Below, piece by piece: positions 29,093 through 38,415 of a stretch of 64,000 nucleotides of DNA. The stretch is from Gammaproteobacteria bacterium (GTDB lineage Bacteria > Pseudomonadota > Gammaproteobacteria > UBA4575), in assembly GCA_965222615.1 (NCBI GenBank), contig CBDCUI010000007.1, positions 672,001 through 736,000 on the forward strand. Reading direction: 5' to 3'. A program made the translations under genes and the position numbers. Position 1 is the stretch's first letter; the number at the start of each line of letters is the position of its first letter. The notes beneath the pieces are model-generated. The model did no database searches and was not told the origin of the DNA. It worked only from the letters and a program-made list of their open reading frames with translations.

Positions 29093-30238
29093 TCATAAAT
29101 GTAAAAACTCCTCTATTTGATCCGCATTTTCTTCAGCATCTTTTTCACCTAGCTGAATCAGACGATCTAAATAGTCTGGTTGAAACATAAGTAGTGACAG
29201 TGAATCTGGACTTTTTGTATCCCGTGTACCAAAGCCGCGTGTAAAGTAACGAAACGGTTGCGGTAGACGAATTTCATATTGACTGGCAAGTTTTCCTAAA
29301 TCTTCACTGGGACGAAGTATCAATAGTTCTATTTTGTTTAATTCTTCACGTGCTTGTTCATCTAGTTCTTCATATAGCTCATTAATGCGATTCATGTTCG
29401 CGGCATCATGATCAAGCAAATCTAAAAATACCGAATCTAATAAAATGCCAATAACCTGTGCAAGAGGTGCATACTCGCTAATTACAGATTCGTCCGGTGT
29501 AACTTGTCCACCACGAAAGCGTGTTGAAATGGCTAAGATACGTTTCGCGCCTAAATGCATGGCAGGTGAAAGTGGTGCAATCGATCGTATACCTCCATCG
29601 CCGTGCCAACCGTCGTCAAGTTTTACCGCCGGAAAAACTAGTGGCAATGCAGCCGATGCCATTACGTGATCGACAGTTATCACTGCTGTTTCACTATGTC
29701 TTCTAGGTCTTTGCCAATGTTCATAGCCTTGACCTTGTACCCAAGTAATGGATTTACCCGTACCATAGTTTGTACTGGTGATACCTAACACACGTAAACG
29801 TCCGCGGTCGATATTTTCTTGAATACCAAGAATAGGTTCAGTTGCTGCAGATAGTAATTTTCTTACTAAAAATTGACGTAGTGGATCGCTATCTAAAAGG
29901 CTTCGCTTACGAGGACCAATATCACTACCACCTAAAATAAACCCAAATCCCCAACGAAAAAAGTTTGCTAAGAAATAACCACTGTCGGTACGAAAGACTT
30001 TGTCGGTAGTTAATTCTAGCCATAGCTCAGTAAGGTGTTCGACGGCTTCACAAAATGTACCTTGATATGCGGCAAGATGCGCGGCATTAACTGCTCCCGC
30101 AGAAACACCGGTAATAATGGGCGGTTGAAAACTGTCATATTTTTTACATATATAGCGTAATACTCCGACCTGATATGCTGCACGTGCACCACCACCAGTC
30201 ATGGCTAGTCCCAGATCATTGTTATTTGCATCTAGCAT
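29093..30238 (-). CDS. Patatin-like phospholipase
   Basis: GGGARAAYQVG, GVSAG nucleophile motif, DGG motif, SAALPLVFP. Confidence 0.92.
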   Translation of the reverse strand: MLDANNNDLGLAMTGGGARAAYQVGVLRYICKKYDSFQPPIITGVSAGAVNAAHLAAYQGTFCEAVEHLTELWLELTTDKVFRTDSGYFLANFFRWGFGFILGGSDIGPRKRSLLDSDPLRQFLVRKLLSAATEPILGIQENIDRGRLRVLGITSTNYGTGKSITWVQGQGYEHWQRPRRHSETAVITVDHVMASAALPLVFPAVKLDDGWHGDGGIRSIAPLSPAMHLGAKRILAISTRFRGGQVTPDESVISEYAPLAQVIGILLDSVFLDLLDHDAANMNRINELYEELDEQAREELNKIELLILRPSEDLGKLASQYEIRLPQPFRYFTRGFGTRDTKSPDSLSLLMFQPDYLDRLIQLGEKDAEENADQIEEFLHL

Positions 30239-30410
30239 CTTGTTTTAGTGGATTAGTAGGCCTATAAAGAAATCAACTGTAATGCGCATGGATATTCAAA
30301 TGTATATAGTATGAATCGTTAAACAGTCGACTCAAGAAAGTAAAAATTTATCGTTAGCCTATTTATAAGAGGAGCTTATTTTAAAACGCTTAGTCAGGTT
30401 TTCACAAACT

Positions 30411-33071
30411 ATGAATTTAGAATATATGAATGATATTGATCCCCAAGAAACACAAGAATGGTTGAATGCATTACATGCTATTTTAGAGCAAGATGGTGGT
30501 GAACGCGCACATTATATTATTGAACAGTTGATACATAGTGCGCGTATTGCAGGGGTTAATCTTCCTTATCGTAATACTACGGCATACGTAAATACCATTC
30601 CGGTAAATGAAGAAGAACGTTTGCCGGGTGATCCAAGAATGGAGCATCGGGTACGCTCGTTGGAGCGTTGGAATGCATTAGCCATGGTAATACGAGCAAA
30701 TAAAAAATATCCTGAACTCGGTGGGCACATTTCTACTTACGCATCTGCTGCTACTTTAATCAGTATTGGCTTTAACCATTTTTTCCGTCCTGCTTCGGCT
30801 GAATTTGCCGGGGACTTGGTTTATTTTCAAGGACACGCGGCACCAGGCGTATATGCACGTGCCTATTTAGAAGGACGTCTGAGCGAAGAGCAGCTACAGC
30901 ATTTTCGTCGCGAAGTTGAAGGTAAAGGCCTATCTTCTTACCCGCATCCATGGTTAATGCCCAACTTTTGGCAGTTTCCTACGGTATCGATGGGCCTTGC
31001 TCCGATTATGGGAATTTACCAAGCGCGATTTATGGAATATTTACATGATCGCGGCCTTATCGATAAGGCAAACCGCAAAGTATGGGTATTCACCGGTGAT
31101 GGAGAAATGGATGAACCCGAGGCTTTAGGTGCCATTTCTTTAGCGGCGCGAGAAGAGTTAGATAATTTAATCTTTGTCATTAACTGTAACTTGCAGCGTC
31201 TGGATGGACCCGTACGTGGCAACGGTAAAATTATTCAAGAACTCGAAGGCGTGTTTCGAGGAGCTGGGTGGAATGTCATCAAAGTGATCTGGGGTGGCAA
31301 TTGGGATCCACTGTTAGCAAGAGACAAAGATGGTATTTTGCGCAAACGTATGGAAGAGGCTTTAGACGGAGATTATCAAAACTATCGAGCTAAAGGCGGT
31401 GCCTATGTGCGCAAACACTTTTTTGGTAAATATCCAGAACTTGAAAAACTTATCGAGAATATTACCGATGATGACATCTGGCGTTTAAATCGGGGCGGCC
31501 ATGACCAACAAAAGATATATGCCGCTTATGCAGCTGCAGTAAAACATATTGGTCAACCTACGGTTATTTTAGCTAAGACAGTGAAAGGTTACGGTTTGGG
31601 TAAAAGTGGAGAGAGTTTGAACATTGCGCATCAGTTAAAAAAGCCGGCCAAAGAATCCTTAATTGCATTTCGAGATCGTTATCGAATTCCAATTGACGAC
31701 GATCAATTAGAAAACGCACCTTTTTATAAACCACCACAAGACAGCGCAGAAATGCGTTACTTGAAAGAATTACGTAGTAACTTAGCCGGTGATATCCCCA
31801 AGCGCAATAGCCCTGAAATTGATTTGCCTATTCCATCACTGGATATTTTTAAAGATTTACTAGTCGGTAGCGACGGTCGTGAATATTCTACAACGATGGC
31901 ATTTGTGAGAGTTTTACTTTCTCTTACTCGTGATAAGGAGTTGGCAAAATACATCGTGCCCATTGTTCCCGATGAAGCGCGCACCTTTGGCATGGAAGGG
32001 CTGTTTCGCAGTATGGGCATTTATGCACACAAAGGCCAACTTTATGATCCGGTCGATGCCGATCAAGTCATGTTCTACCATGAAGAGCAAGCCGGGCAAA
32101 TATTAGAAGAAGGCATCACAGAAGCAGGCGCGATGTCTTCATGGATTGCTGCTGCAACTTCTTATAGTTACCACAACATGCCGATGATTCCATTTTATAT
32201 TTACTACTCGATGTTTGGATTTCAACGTGTCGGAGATTTGGCTTGGGCCGCAGGCGATAGTCGCGCGCGAGGATTTCTAATTGGTGGTACGGCAGGTCGT
32301 TCTACTCTTGCAGGCGAAGGTTTACAACACCAAGATGGGCACAGTCACATACTTGCTTCGACCATTCCCAATTGTCGTGCTTACGATCCGACATTTGCTT
32401 ACGAATTTGCTGTGATTGTGCACCATGGCATGCAAAGTATGTATGTGCAGCAGGAAGATTACTATTACTACATCACCGTAATGAATGAGAATTATGAACA
32501 TCCACCTATGCCGCAAGGTTGTGAAGAAGGCATCATTAAGGGCATGTATTTATTGCAAAAAAATCAAGTTAATAAGATGCAGGTCCAATTATTAGGCAGT
32601 GGCGCGATATTGCGCGAAGTATTGCGCGCAGCAGAATTACTGCAAGAAGATTTTGATATCTCCGCAAATGTGTGGAGTGTAACCAGTTTTAATCGCTTGC
32701 GTAGAGAGGGTATGGAGGTGCAACGTTGGAACATGCGGCATCCTAAAGAGCAACAAAAAACTACCTATGTGGAAGATTGTCTTAGCAATGCTCAAGGACC
32801 CGTGATTGCGGCAACGGATTATATGAAAATCTACGCAGACCAAATTCGCTCTTATATTAAATCTAGATATATAGTGTTGGGAACAGATGGGTTTGGGCGC
32901 AGCGATACACGTTACCAACTACGCAGATTCTTTGAAGTTGATGCTCGCAATATTGTAATGGCTGCACTACATGCGCTTGCCGAAGACGGGGAAATCGATA
33001 AATCAATAGTTCAGTCTGCGATAAAAAAATATGAGATCGATACAGAAAAACCGAATCCTGTTGTTTCTTAG
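30411..33071 (+). CDS. aceE: Pyruvate dehydrogenase E1 (homodimeric)
   Basis: GGHISTYAS, FPTVSMGL, GDGEMDEPE, NCNLQRLDGPVRGN, LGTDGFGRSD. Confidence 0.98.
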   Translation: MNLEYMNDIDPQETQEWLNALHAILEQDGGERAHYIIEQLIHSARIAGVNLPYRNTTAYVNTIPVNEEERLPGDPRMEHRVRSLERWNALAMVIRANKKYPELGGHISTYASAATLISIGFNHFFRPASAEFAGDLVYFQGHAAPGVYARAYLEGRLSEEQLQHFRREVEGKGLSSYPHPWLMPNFWQFPTVSMGLAPIMGIYQARFMEYLHDRGLIDKANRKVWVFTGDGEMDEPEALGAISLAAREELDNLIFVINCNLQRLDGPVRGNGKIIQELEGVFRGAGWNVIKVIWGGNWDPLLARDKDGILRKRMEEALDGDYQNYRAKGGAYVRKHFFGKYPELEKLIENITDDDIWRLNRGGHDQQKIYAAYAAAVKHIGQPTVILAKTVKGYGLGKSGESLNIAHQLKKPAKESLIAFRDRYRIPIDDDQLENAPFYKPPQDSAEMRYLKELRSNLAGDIPKRNSPEIDLPIPSLDIFKDLLVGSDGREYSTTMAFVRVLLSLTRDKELAKYIVPIVPDEARTFGMEGLFRSMGIYAHKGQLYDPVDADQVMFYHEEQAGQILEEGITEAGAMSSWIAAATSYSYHNMPMIPFYIYYSMFGFQRVGDLAWAAGDSRARGFLIGGTAGRSTLAGEGLQHQDGHSHILASTIPNCRAYDPTFAYEFAVIVHHGMQSMYVQQEDYYYYITVMNENYEHPPMPQGCEEGIIKGMYLLQKNQVNKMQVQLLGSGAILREVLRAAELLQEDFDISANVWSVTSFNRLRREGMEVQRWNMRHPKEQQKTTYVEDCLSNAQGPVIAATDYMKIYADQIRSYIKSRYIVLGTDGFGRSDTRYQLRRFFEVDARNIVMAALHALAEDGEIDKSIVQSAIKKYEIDTEKPNPVVS

Positions 33072-33077
33072 TTAAAA

Positions 33078-34355
33078 ATGGCTGCCTTGAAAGAAGTACA
33101 CATTACCGACATTGAGGAATTTGATGCTGTTGATGTTGTAGAAGTATTAGTGAAAGAAGGTGATGCGATTGAAATTGACCAACCACTTGTTACGATAGAA
33201 AGTGAGAAAGCTATGATGGATTTTCCATCGCCTTATAAAGGGGTTATTCAAAAAGTAAACGTTACAGAGGGTGGGCAAGTCAAGGAAGGTGACACATTAG
33301 TTGTGATTGCAACAGAAGAAAAATCTGCTGCTAAGCAAACTAAACAACTGGAAGCTGTTGATACCGATGCTAAATCTAATATGTTGGAATCGAATATAGA
33401 GATTAAAGAACCTAGTCCAGCACCAGTAGAAACTGGCCATATGCACAAAGTGGTTACAACAAATACTACGGTAGCTTATGCAAGTCCTGGGGTACAAAAA
33501 TATGCACGTGAACTGGGGGTGAACCTGAATAACATAGCCGGTAGTGGACGCCAACAAAGAGTGATACAAGCGGATGTACAGCAATACGTGCGTCATCAGT
33601 TAAATAGTAGTGGTGATACTCAGACTTTGGGTGCCACAAAGCAAAGACCTTTAGATTTTTCCATGCATGGAGAAGTAGAAGAAAAAGATTTGACTAAAGT
33701 GCAAAAAGTTACTGTGAAAAACATGTTAAACGCATGGCAGAGCATACCGCATGTGACTCATTTTGATCAGGCCGATGTCACCTTGTTGGAAAAGCACAGG
33801 AAACAACTTGCTGAAGAACTAAAACAAAAAAATATCAAGCTCACGCCTTTGGCCTTTGTGATTAAGGCCTTGATGGCTACCTTAAAGCAATTTCAAATAT
33901 TTAATGCATCGCTTGACTTAGCTTCTCAGAAGCTAATATTTAAAAAATATTTTCATATTGGAATTGCTGTGGATACACCACATGGATTATTAGTACCAGT
34001 GATGCGAGATGTGGATCAAAAAACCGTTACCCAAGTCGCAGCAGAATTAATAGAACTAAGTGAACTGGCAAGGCAAAGAAAGTTGACAGCAAAACAAATG
34101 TCAGGTGCAAGCATGACTATTTCAAGTTTAGGAAATTTAGGTGGACAAGCGTTTACACCGATCATAAATCCGCCTGAAGTCGCAATTTTGGGTTTATCTA
34201 AGATAAGAGTGATAGAAAAACCAGGCGTGCAACCTCAAAAATTACTTCCTCTATCCTTGTCTTACGATCATAGAGTGATCAATGGAGCCGATGCAGCACG
34301 CTTTTGTTCGCATTTAATAAACGTCCTCGAGGATATCTGGAAGCTTATTTTGTAA
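33078..34355 (+). CDS. aceF: Dihydrolipoamide acetyltransferase E2 (single lipoyl domain)
   Basis: IESEKA lipoyl site, ASPGVQKYARELG binding domain, LSYDHRVINGA. Confidence 0.95.
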   Translation: MAALKEVHITDIEEFDAVDVVEVLVKEGDAIEIDQPLVTIESEKAMMDFPSPYKGVIQKVNVTEGGQVKEGDTLVVIATEEKSAAKQTKQLEAVDTDAKSNMLESNIEIKEPSPAPVETGHMHKVVTTNTTVAYASPGVQKYARELGVNLNNIAGSGRQQRVIQADVQQYVRHQLNSSGDTQTLGATKQRPLDFSMHGEVEEKDLTKVQKVTVKNMLNAWQSIPHVTHFDQADVTLLEKHRKQLAEELKQKNIKLTPLAFVIKALMATLKQFQIFNASLDLASQKLIFKKYFHIGIAVDTPHGLLVPVMRDVDQKTVTQVAAELIELSELARQRKLTAKQMSGASMTISSLGNLGGQAFTPIINPPEVAILGLSKIRVIEKPGVQPQKLLPLSLSYDHRVINGADAARFCSHLINVLEDIWKLIL

Positions 34356-34374
34356 TTGCTAAAATTCTATTCAA

Positions 34375-35475
34375 ATGCGTATTGGAATACTAAAAGAAAC
34401 CAAATCAGATGAATACCGAGTTGCGCTATTACCAGTGGGCGCACATTTATTAGTTGAAGATGGTCATGAACTTTTAATCGAGACACAAGCCGGGCGTGGC
34501 AGTGGTTATCATGATGAAGAGTATATTAAGGCGGGTGCAAAAATAGTTGCATCGGCTCAAACGATATTTAATGAATGTGAATTAGTCGTAAAAGTAAAAG
34601 AACCGCAAGAGCAAGAACTAGAATTTTTATCTGCTTCGCATATCGTGTTTGGTTATTTTCATTTTGCCAGTTCCAAAACATTGACCGAAAAGTGCCTACA
34701 GCAAAAAGTTACTGCACTGGCCTATGAAACGCTAACTGATACACATGGACAATTGCCATTGCTTAAACCGATGAGCGAAGTAGCGGGCAAGATGTCAATC
34801 CAAGAAGGCGCCAAATGTTTGGAAAAACCTATGATGGGGCGCGGGATTCTATTGGGAGGTGTAACCGGAGTTGCGCCTGCAAATGTATTGATATTAGGAG
34901 CCGGTATCGTAGGTTCCAATGCGGCGCGTGTTGCTGCAGGTTTGGGTGCAAACGTCGTGGTAATGGATATCGATATTGAAAAGCTTCGTCATTTAGATGA
35001 AGTAATGCCTGCTAACGTTACCACTATGTATTCCGACCCACATGCAGTAGAAGAATTTGCACTACAAGCCGATTTGGTAATTGGTGCGTTACTTATTCCT
35101 GGTGCGCGCGCACCTAGATTGATTAGCCATGAGTTGCTGAAACAAATGAAGCGCGGCGCGGTATTAGTAGATGTTTCGATTGATCAAGGCGGATGTTTTG
35201 AAACCAGCAAGCCGACGACACACCATGATCCAATATTCATTGTCGACGATATTGTTCACTACTGTGTCACGAATATACCGGGTGCGGTAAGTCGTACCAG
35301 CAGTCAAGCATTATGTAACTCAACTTTACCGTACATACGTAAGCTGAGTAATTTAGGCTTAGAAGGTTTTCTGAATCAAGGCAAAGGGATGCGCAATGCC
35401 TTAAATTTGTATGACGGTAAGATTAAACACATTGAAGTAGCCAATGCCTTTCCGAGTTTACCCAATAGTTTTTAA
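34375..35475 (+). CDS. ald: Alanine dehydrogenase
   Basis: KETKSDEYRVAL, VKVKEP, PMSEVAG, GAGIVG, IDQGGCFETS, HYCVTNIPG. Confidence 0.95.
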   Translation: MRIGILKETKSDEYRVALLPVGAHLLVEDGHELLIETQAGRGSGYHDEEYIKAGAKIVASAQTIFNECELVVKVKEPQEQELEFLSASHIVFGYFHFASSKTLTEKCLQQKVTALAYETLTDTHGQLPLLKPMSEVAGKMSIQEGAKCLEKPMMGRGILLGGVTGVAPANVLILGAGIVGSNAARVAAGLGANVVVMDIDIEKLRHLDEVMPANVTTMYSDPHAVEEFALQADLVIGALLIPGARAPRLISHELLKQMKRGAVLVDVSIDQGGCFETSKPTTHHDPIFIVDDIVHYCVTNIPGAVSRTSSQALCNSTLPYIRKLSNLGLEGFLNQGKGMRNALNLYDGKIKHIEVANAFPSLPNSF

Positions 35476-35481
35476 ACAAGA

Positions 35482-36069
35482 CTACTTATACTCAATAATA
35501 TAGATCGCTGAACCTAAAGCGATCAGAACTATTTCAATAAAGCTTATACATAATATTAAATAAGTTACTCTTCTTGCAGTGGGCCGCATGGGTAACCAAA
35601 TGCGATTTTTATAATATCGCCAAGGTGAAAACCAAGACCAACGATGCCAATCGATAAGAAATTCTTGTAAATTTTCCGCCCATTTATTTAGACTTTTGTC
35701 AACTTTATGAAGTTTTTGACGGCGTTTTTCTTCTGGCAGTCCCGTGTATTTTTCAGTGATTGTCAATTTTGAGCCATTGGTTATTTCCTGAATAGTAAAT
35801 GCAGTGCTCGATTTTAGTCCTCGCCGATAGAGGATTTCTAATCCATCTGTTTTCTTTTGTATTTGTAAGTCTGTTGTAATTTCAAAAGCTGGATTTTGGC
35901 TGTGATTGATGGCATGAAAAAGAAAATGCTGATCTGACAATTTTTCCCATTTTTTTATATCTAAAAAGGGATTTATTCGTAGTAAACGTTCTACATCTTG
36001 ACAAAAATTTAGTAAGACGCGTTTATTTAAAGGTGTTTTAAATTCTGCCCAGGCTTTATCTTCAGGCAT
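35482..36069 (-). CDS. Hypothetical protein with C-terminal TM helix
   Basis: Overlaps the usp stop; DVERLLRINP motif; last gene of the YeiH operon. Confidence 0.75.
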   Translation of the reverse strand: MPEDKAWAEFKTPLNKRVLLNFCQDVERLLRINPFLDIKKWEKLSDQHFLFHAINHSQNPAFEITTDLQIQKKTDGLEILYRRGLKSSTAFTIQEITNGSKLTITEKYTGLPEEKRRQKLHKVDKSLNKWAENLQEFLIDWHRWSWFSPWRYYKNRIWLPMRPTARRVTYLILCISFIEIVLIALGSAIYIIEYK

Positions 36070-36523
36070 TTGGATGGGGTACTACCATGAGTGTTCGAGC
36101 CAAAGTATTGGTAATGGCTTTAGACAACATTTTCGATTTCAAGCCGTGCATTTTTTTAGGCCTTGTTGATCCCATTACGACTAAATCAAAATTATCTTGT
36201 GAATAGGTATCCAACAGGCACTTTTGTGGCTGGCCAAATAAAATTTTTTGTGCATAGTTTACGTTATGATTTTCAAAATCTTCACGTACACGCATACAGT
36301 TTTGATGAGCTTCTTGTTCAAGTTGATTTTCTAAATAATCAACAAATTGTCTTTGGGTGCAAACATTGTTAAGCCAATCATCCCCTAAGATATGTTGCCA
36401 AAATTCTGGTATTACATGAAGATGAGTTACATGTGCTGTTGGAGCGCTAAACTTTAAAGCAACTTGTTCTGCTTGTCTCGCGCCAATAGAGCCATGGCTA
36501 GCTAACAAAATGTTTCTACACAT
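36062..36523 (-). CDS. Universal stress protein (UspA family)
   Basis: NILLASHGS, LHVIP, DLVVMGS...G, MVVP. Confidence 0.85.
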   Translation of the reverse strand: MCRNILLASHGSIGARQAEQVALKFSAPTAHVTHLHVIPEFWQHILGDDWLNNVCTQRQFVDYLENQLEQEAHQNCMRVREDFENHNVNYAQKILFGQPQKCLLDTYSQDNFDLVVMGSTRPKKMHGLKSKMLSKAITNTLARTLMVVPHPNA

Positions 36524-36536
36524 CTTACTTTATAGA

Positions 36537-36659
36537 TCAATAAACGAGATACACGAGTAGAGCAATGAGTAATGCCAAGACTAATGCAACAAAGTCTTCT
36601 CTACGGTCACTATTAAAAATCGATAATTTTGAACCACGATCAAATTTGGTTTCATCCAT
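36537..36659 (-). CDS. Unannotated 40-aa single-TM protein
   Basis: Manual translation MDETKFDRGSKLSIFNSDRREDFVALVLALLIALLVYLVY*; RBS aagga; fills the gap between the exporter and usp genes; below the ORF-track length cutoff. Confidence 0.7.
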   Translation of the reverse strand: MDETKFDRGSKLSIFNSDRREDFVALVLALLIALLVYLVY

Positions 36660-36669
36660 TGTAATTTCC

Positions 36670-38250
36670 TTAAATTGTTTCTGAAATAAGTAATACCACA
36701 ACAATCAGCGAAAGCGCCGCTTTAATAGCACCTACAATTCCACCTATTACCGCAGGTTGGCCTCCTGCCTGCCGCATAGAAGACACAGTAATCTGCATAC
36801 CAAGACCAACCAAGCCAAATGCAAATAACCAGGTAATCCAGTCTCTAAAGGCTTTAATTTTTTTAGCGGTGTGACGCACAGCCTTATGCGATTTTTTAAG
36901 TACAGCATTTGCCTCTTTAGAAAGGACTTTGGCATTCACGAGTCCACGTAAAGTATCGTCATCATCGATAGACATTACCTTGCCGCTAGTAATTAATCGT
37001 TGCAGTGCTTGTTTGCGTTGTTCTCGTTGAACTTTTGTGAGCTCACTATTTAACAATGAGACTTCATCTGAAGTAAGCAAATTCTCTTTTTTAAAGCCAG
37101 AGCTTGTTGTGTTGCCAAAATACTTTCCTTTGTAATGATTAGCCGGTGCAAAGATTCCCGTAGTCGATAATGCAAATAATAAAATAAAACCTAAAACAAA
37201 GACTGGGAATTTTTCAAAAACTACTTTGCCTACATTCACTTGTGTGGTTACTGTGTCTTCACGTTTTACATACCAGATTGCTAACCACAGTACGATAATA
37301 GGTAGAACTAATACACGGGTGATATTAAAAATTTCTGCAACCTTAAGGGTTTCTATTCCATCAGGTTGGTAGGCAAGCGCTGCTCCCGCTACTTGTGCAG
37401 AGTTTAAAATTCCAGTACCTGCCCAAGCGCCAAACTGTACATGAGAGAGATTTAATAAATGACCTACAATGGGGAACAAAAACATACACATGACACCCCA
37501 TAATAAAATGGTGCCAATCGTATAAGCGATCTCAACAGATTTTGCCTGTACAACAGGTGCAGCAGCAACGGTTGCCGAAACCCCACATACACCCATGCCA
37601 GCAGATAAAACCCCACCCATTGAATTTGGAATTTTTCTGCGTCGGCCTAGCCAAAGTACAAGGCCTACGGAGCCCAGTACGAAAAAACCAATCATGATAA
37701 TAGAAAGCCCACCAAGGTTTTTAAGTTCTGCTGCACTGTAAAGTGTTCCCAAAAGGATGACGCCCGTTTTTAACCCCAGGCGCGAAAGTCGCACTCCATT
37801 TTCTGCCCAACTTGGAACCCTAAACATATTCACAATAATGATTCCGGCAAGAATCCCCAGCACAACGTAATTTAAACCAAGTATTTTGTGCAGGTGTTTA
37901 CCAGTATTACCGATTTCACCCATTGCAGTACTCAGCACTTCTATCTCAGGTGCGATAAACCAGCGCACCAACATAGCAATAAGTAGAATAAACATTGCAC
38001 CCGCAACCGTGGATAAGTAATAGTCACCCGCACCTTCTTTGTGTGTACCTAACCATTGCCAAATTCCAACCACAATTGAAATGATTCCAAAATACAAAGG
38101 CAGGGTGGCAAGCTCATCTTGGTACTTATACTTAGTCCCACCTAAATGTTGGATATAATTTGCTAGTAAATCTGAATTGGCCAAATACCAAATGGCCAGC
38201 ATAATGATGCCAATAATAAATAGGGCAGGTGTTTTTTTAGTGTAGACCAT
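36670..38250 (-). CDS. Putative sulfate exporter (YeiH/PSE family)
   Basis: LKTGVILLG, GMGVCGVSATVAAAP, FGAWAGTGI, PVFVLGF; polytopic membrane protein. Confidence 0.85.
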   Translation of the reverse strand: MVYTKKTPALFIIGIIMLAIWYLANSDLLANYIQHLGGTKYKYQDELATLPLYFGIISIVVGIWQWLGTHKEGAGDYYLSTVAGAMFILLIAMLVRWFIAPEIEVLSTAMGEIGNTGKHLHKILGLNYVVLGILAGIIIVNMFRVPSWAENGVRLSRLGLKTGVILLGTLYSAAELKNLGGLSIIMIGFFVLGSVGLVLWLGRRRKIPNSMGGVLSAGMGVCGVSATVAAAPVVQAKSVEIAYTIGTILLWGVMCMFLFPIVGHLLNLSHVQFGAWAGTGILNSAQVAGAALAYQPDGIETLKVAEIFNITRVLVLPIIVLWLAIWYVKREDTVTTQVNVGKVVFEKFPVFVLGFILLFALSTTGIFAPANHYKGKYFGNTTSSGFKKENLLTSDEVSLLNSELTKVQREQRKQALQRLITSGKVMSIDDDDTLRGLVNAKVLSKEANAVLKKSHKAVRHTAKKIKAFRDWITWLFAFGLVGLGMQITVSSMRQAGGQPAVIGGIVGAIKAALSLIVVVLLISETI

Positions 38251-38415
38251 TGAGCACCTTTTCTTTTTTATTGTACTTACATATTCTGCAGTTAATTTGT
38301 GATGTAGAGTGATTTAGGTGTAATTAACTTTTATCATTAGGCCTTTATTGAGAGTAACGGTAAGATCTACAAATAACAAGTTGTATTAATTATTTTTATC
38401 AAAGTCTATCGAGTA

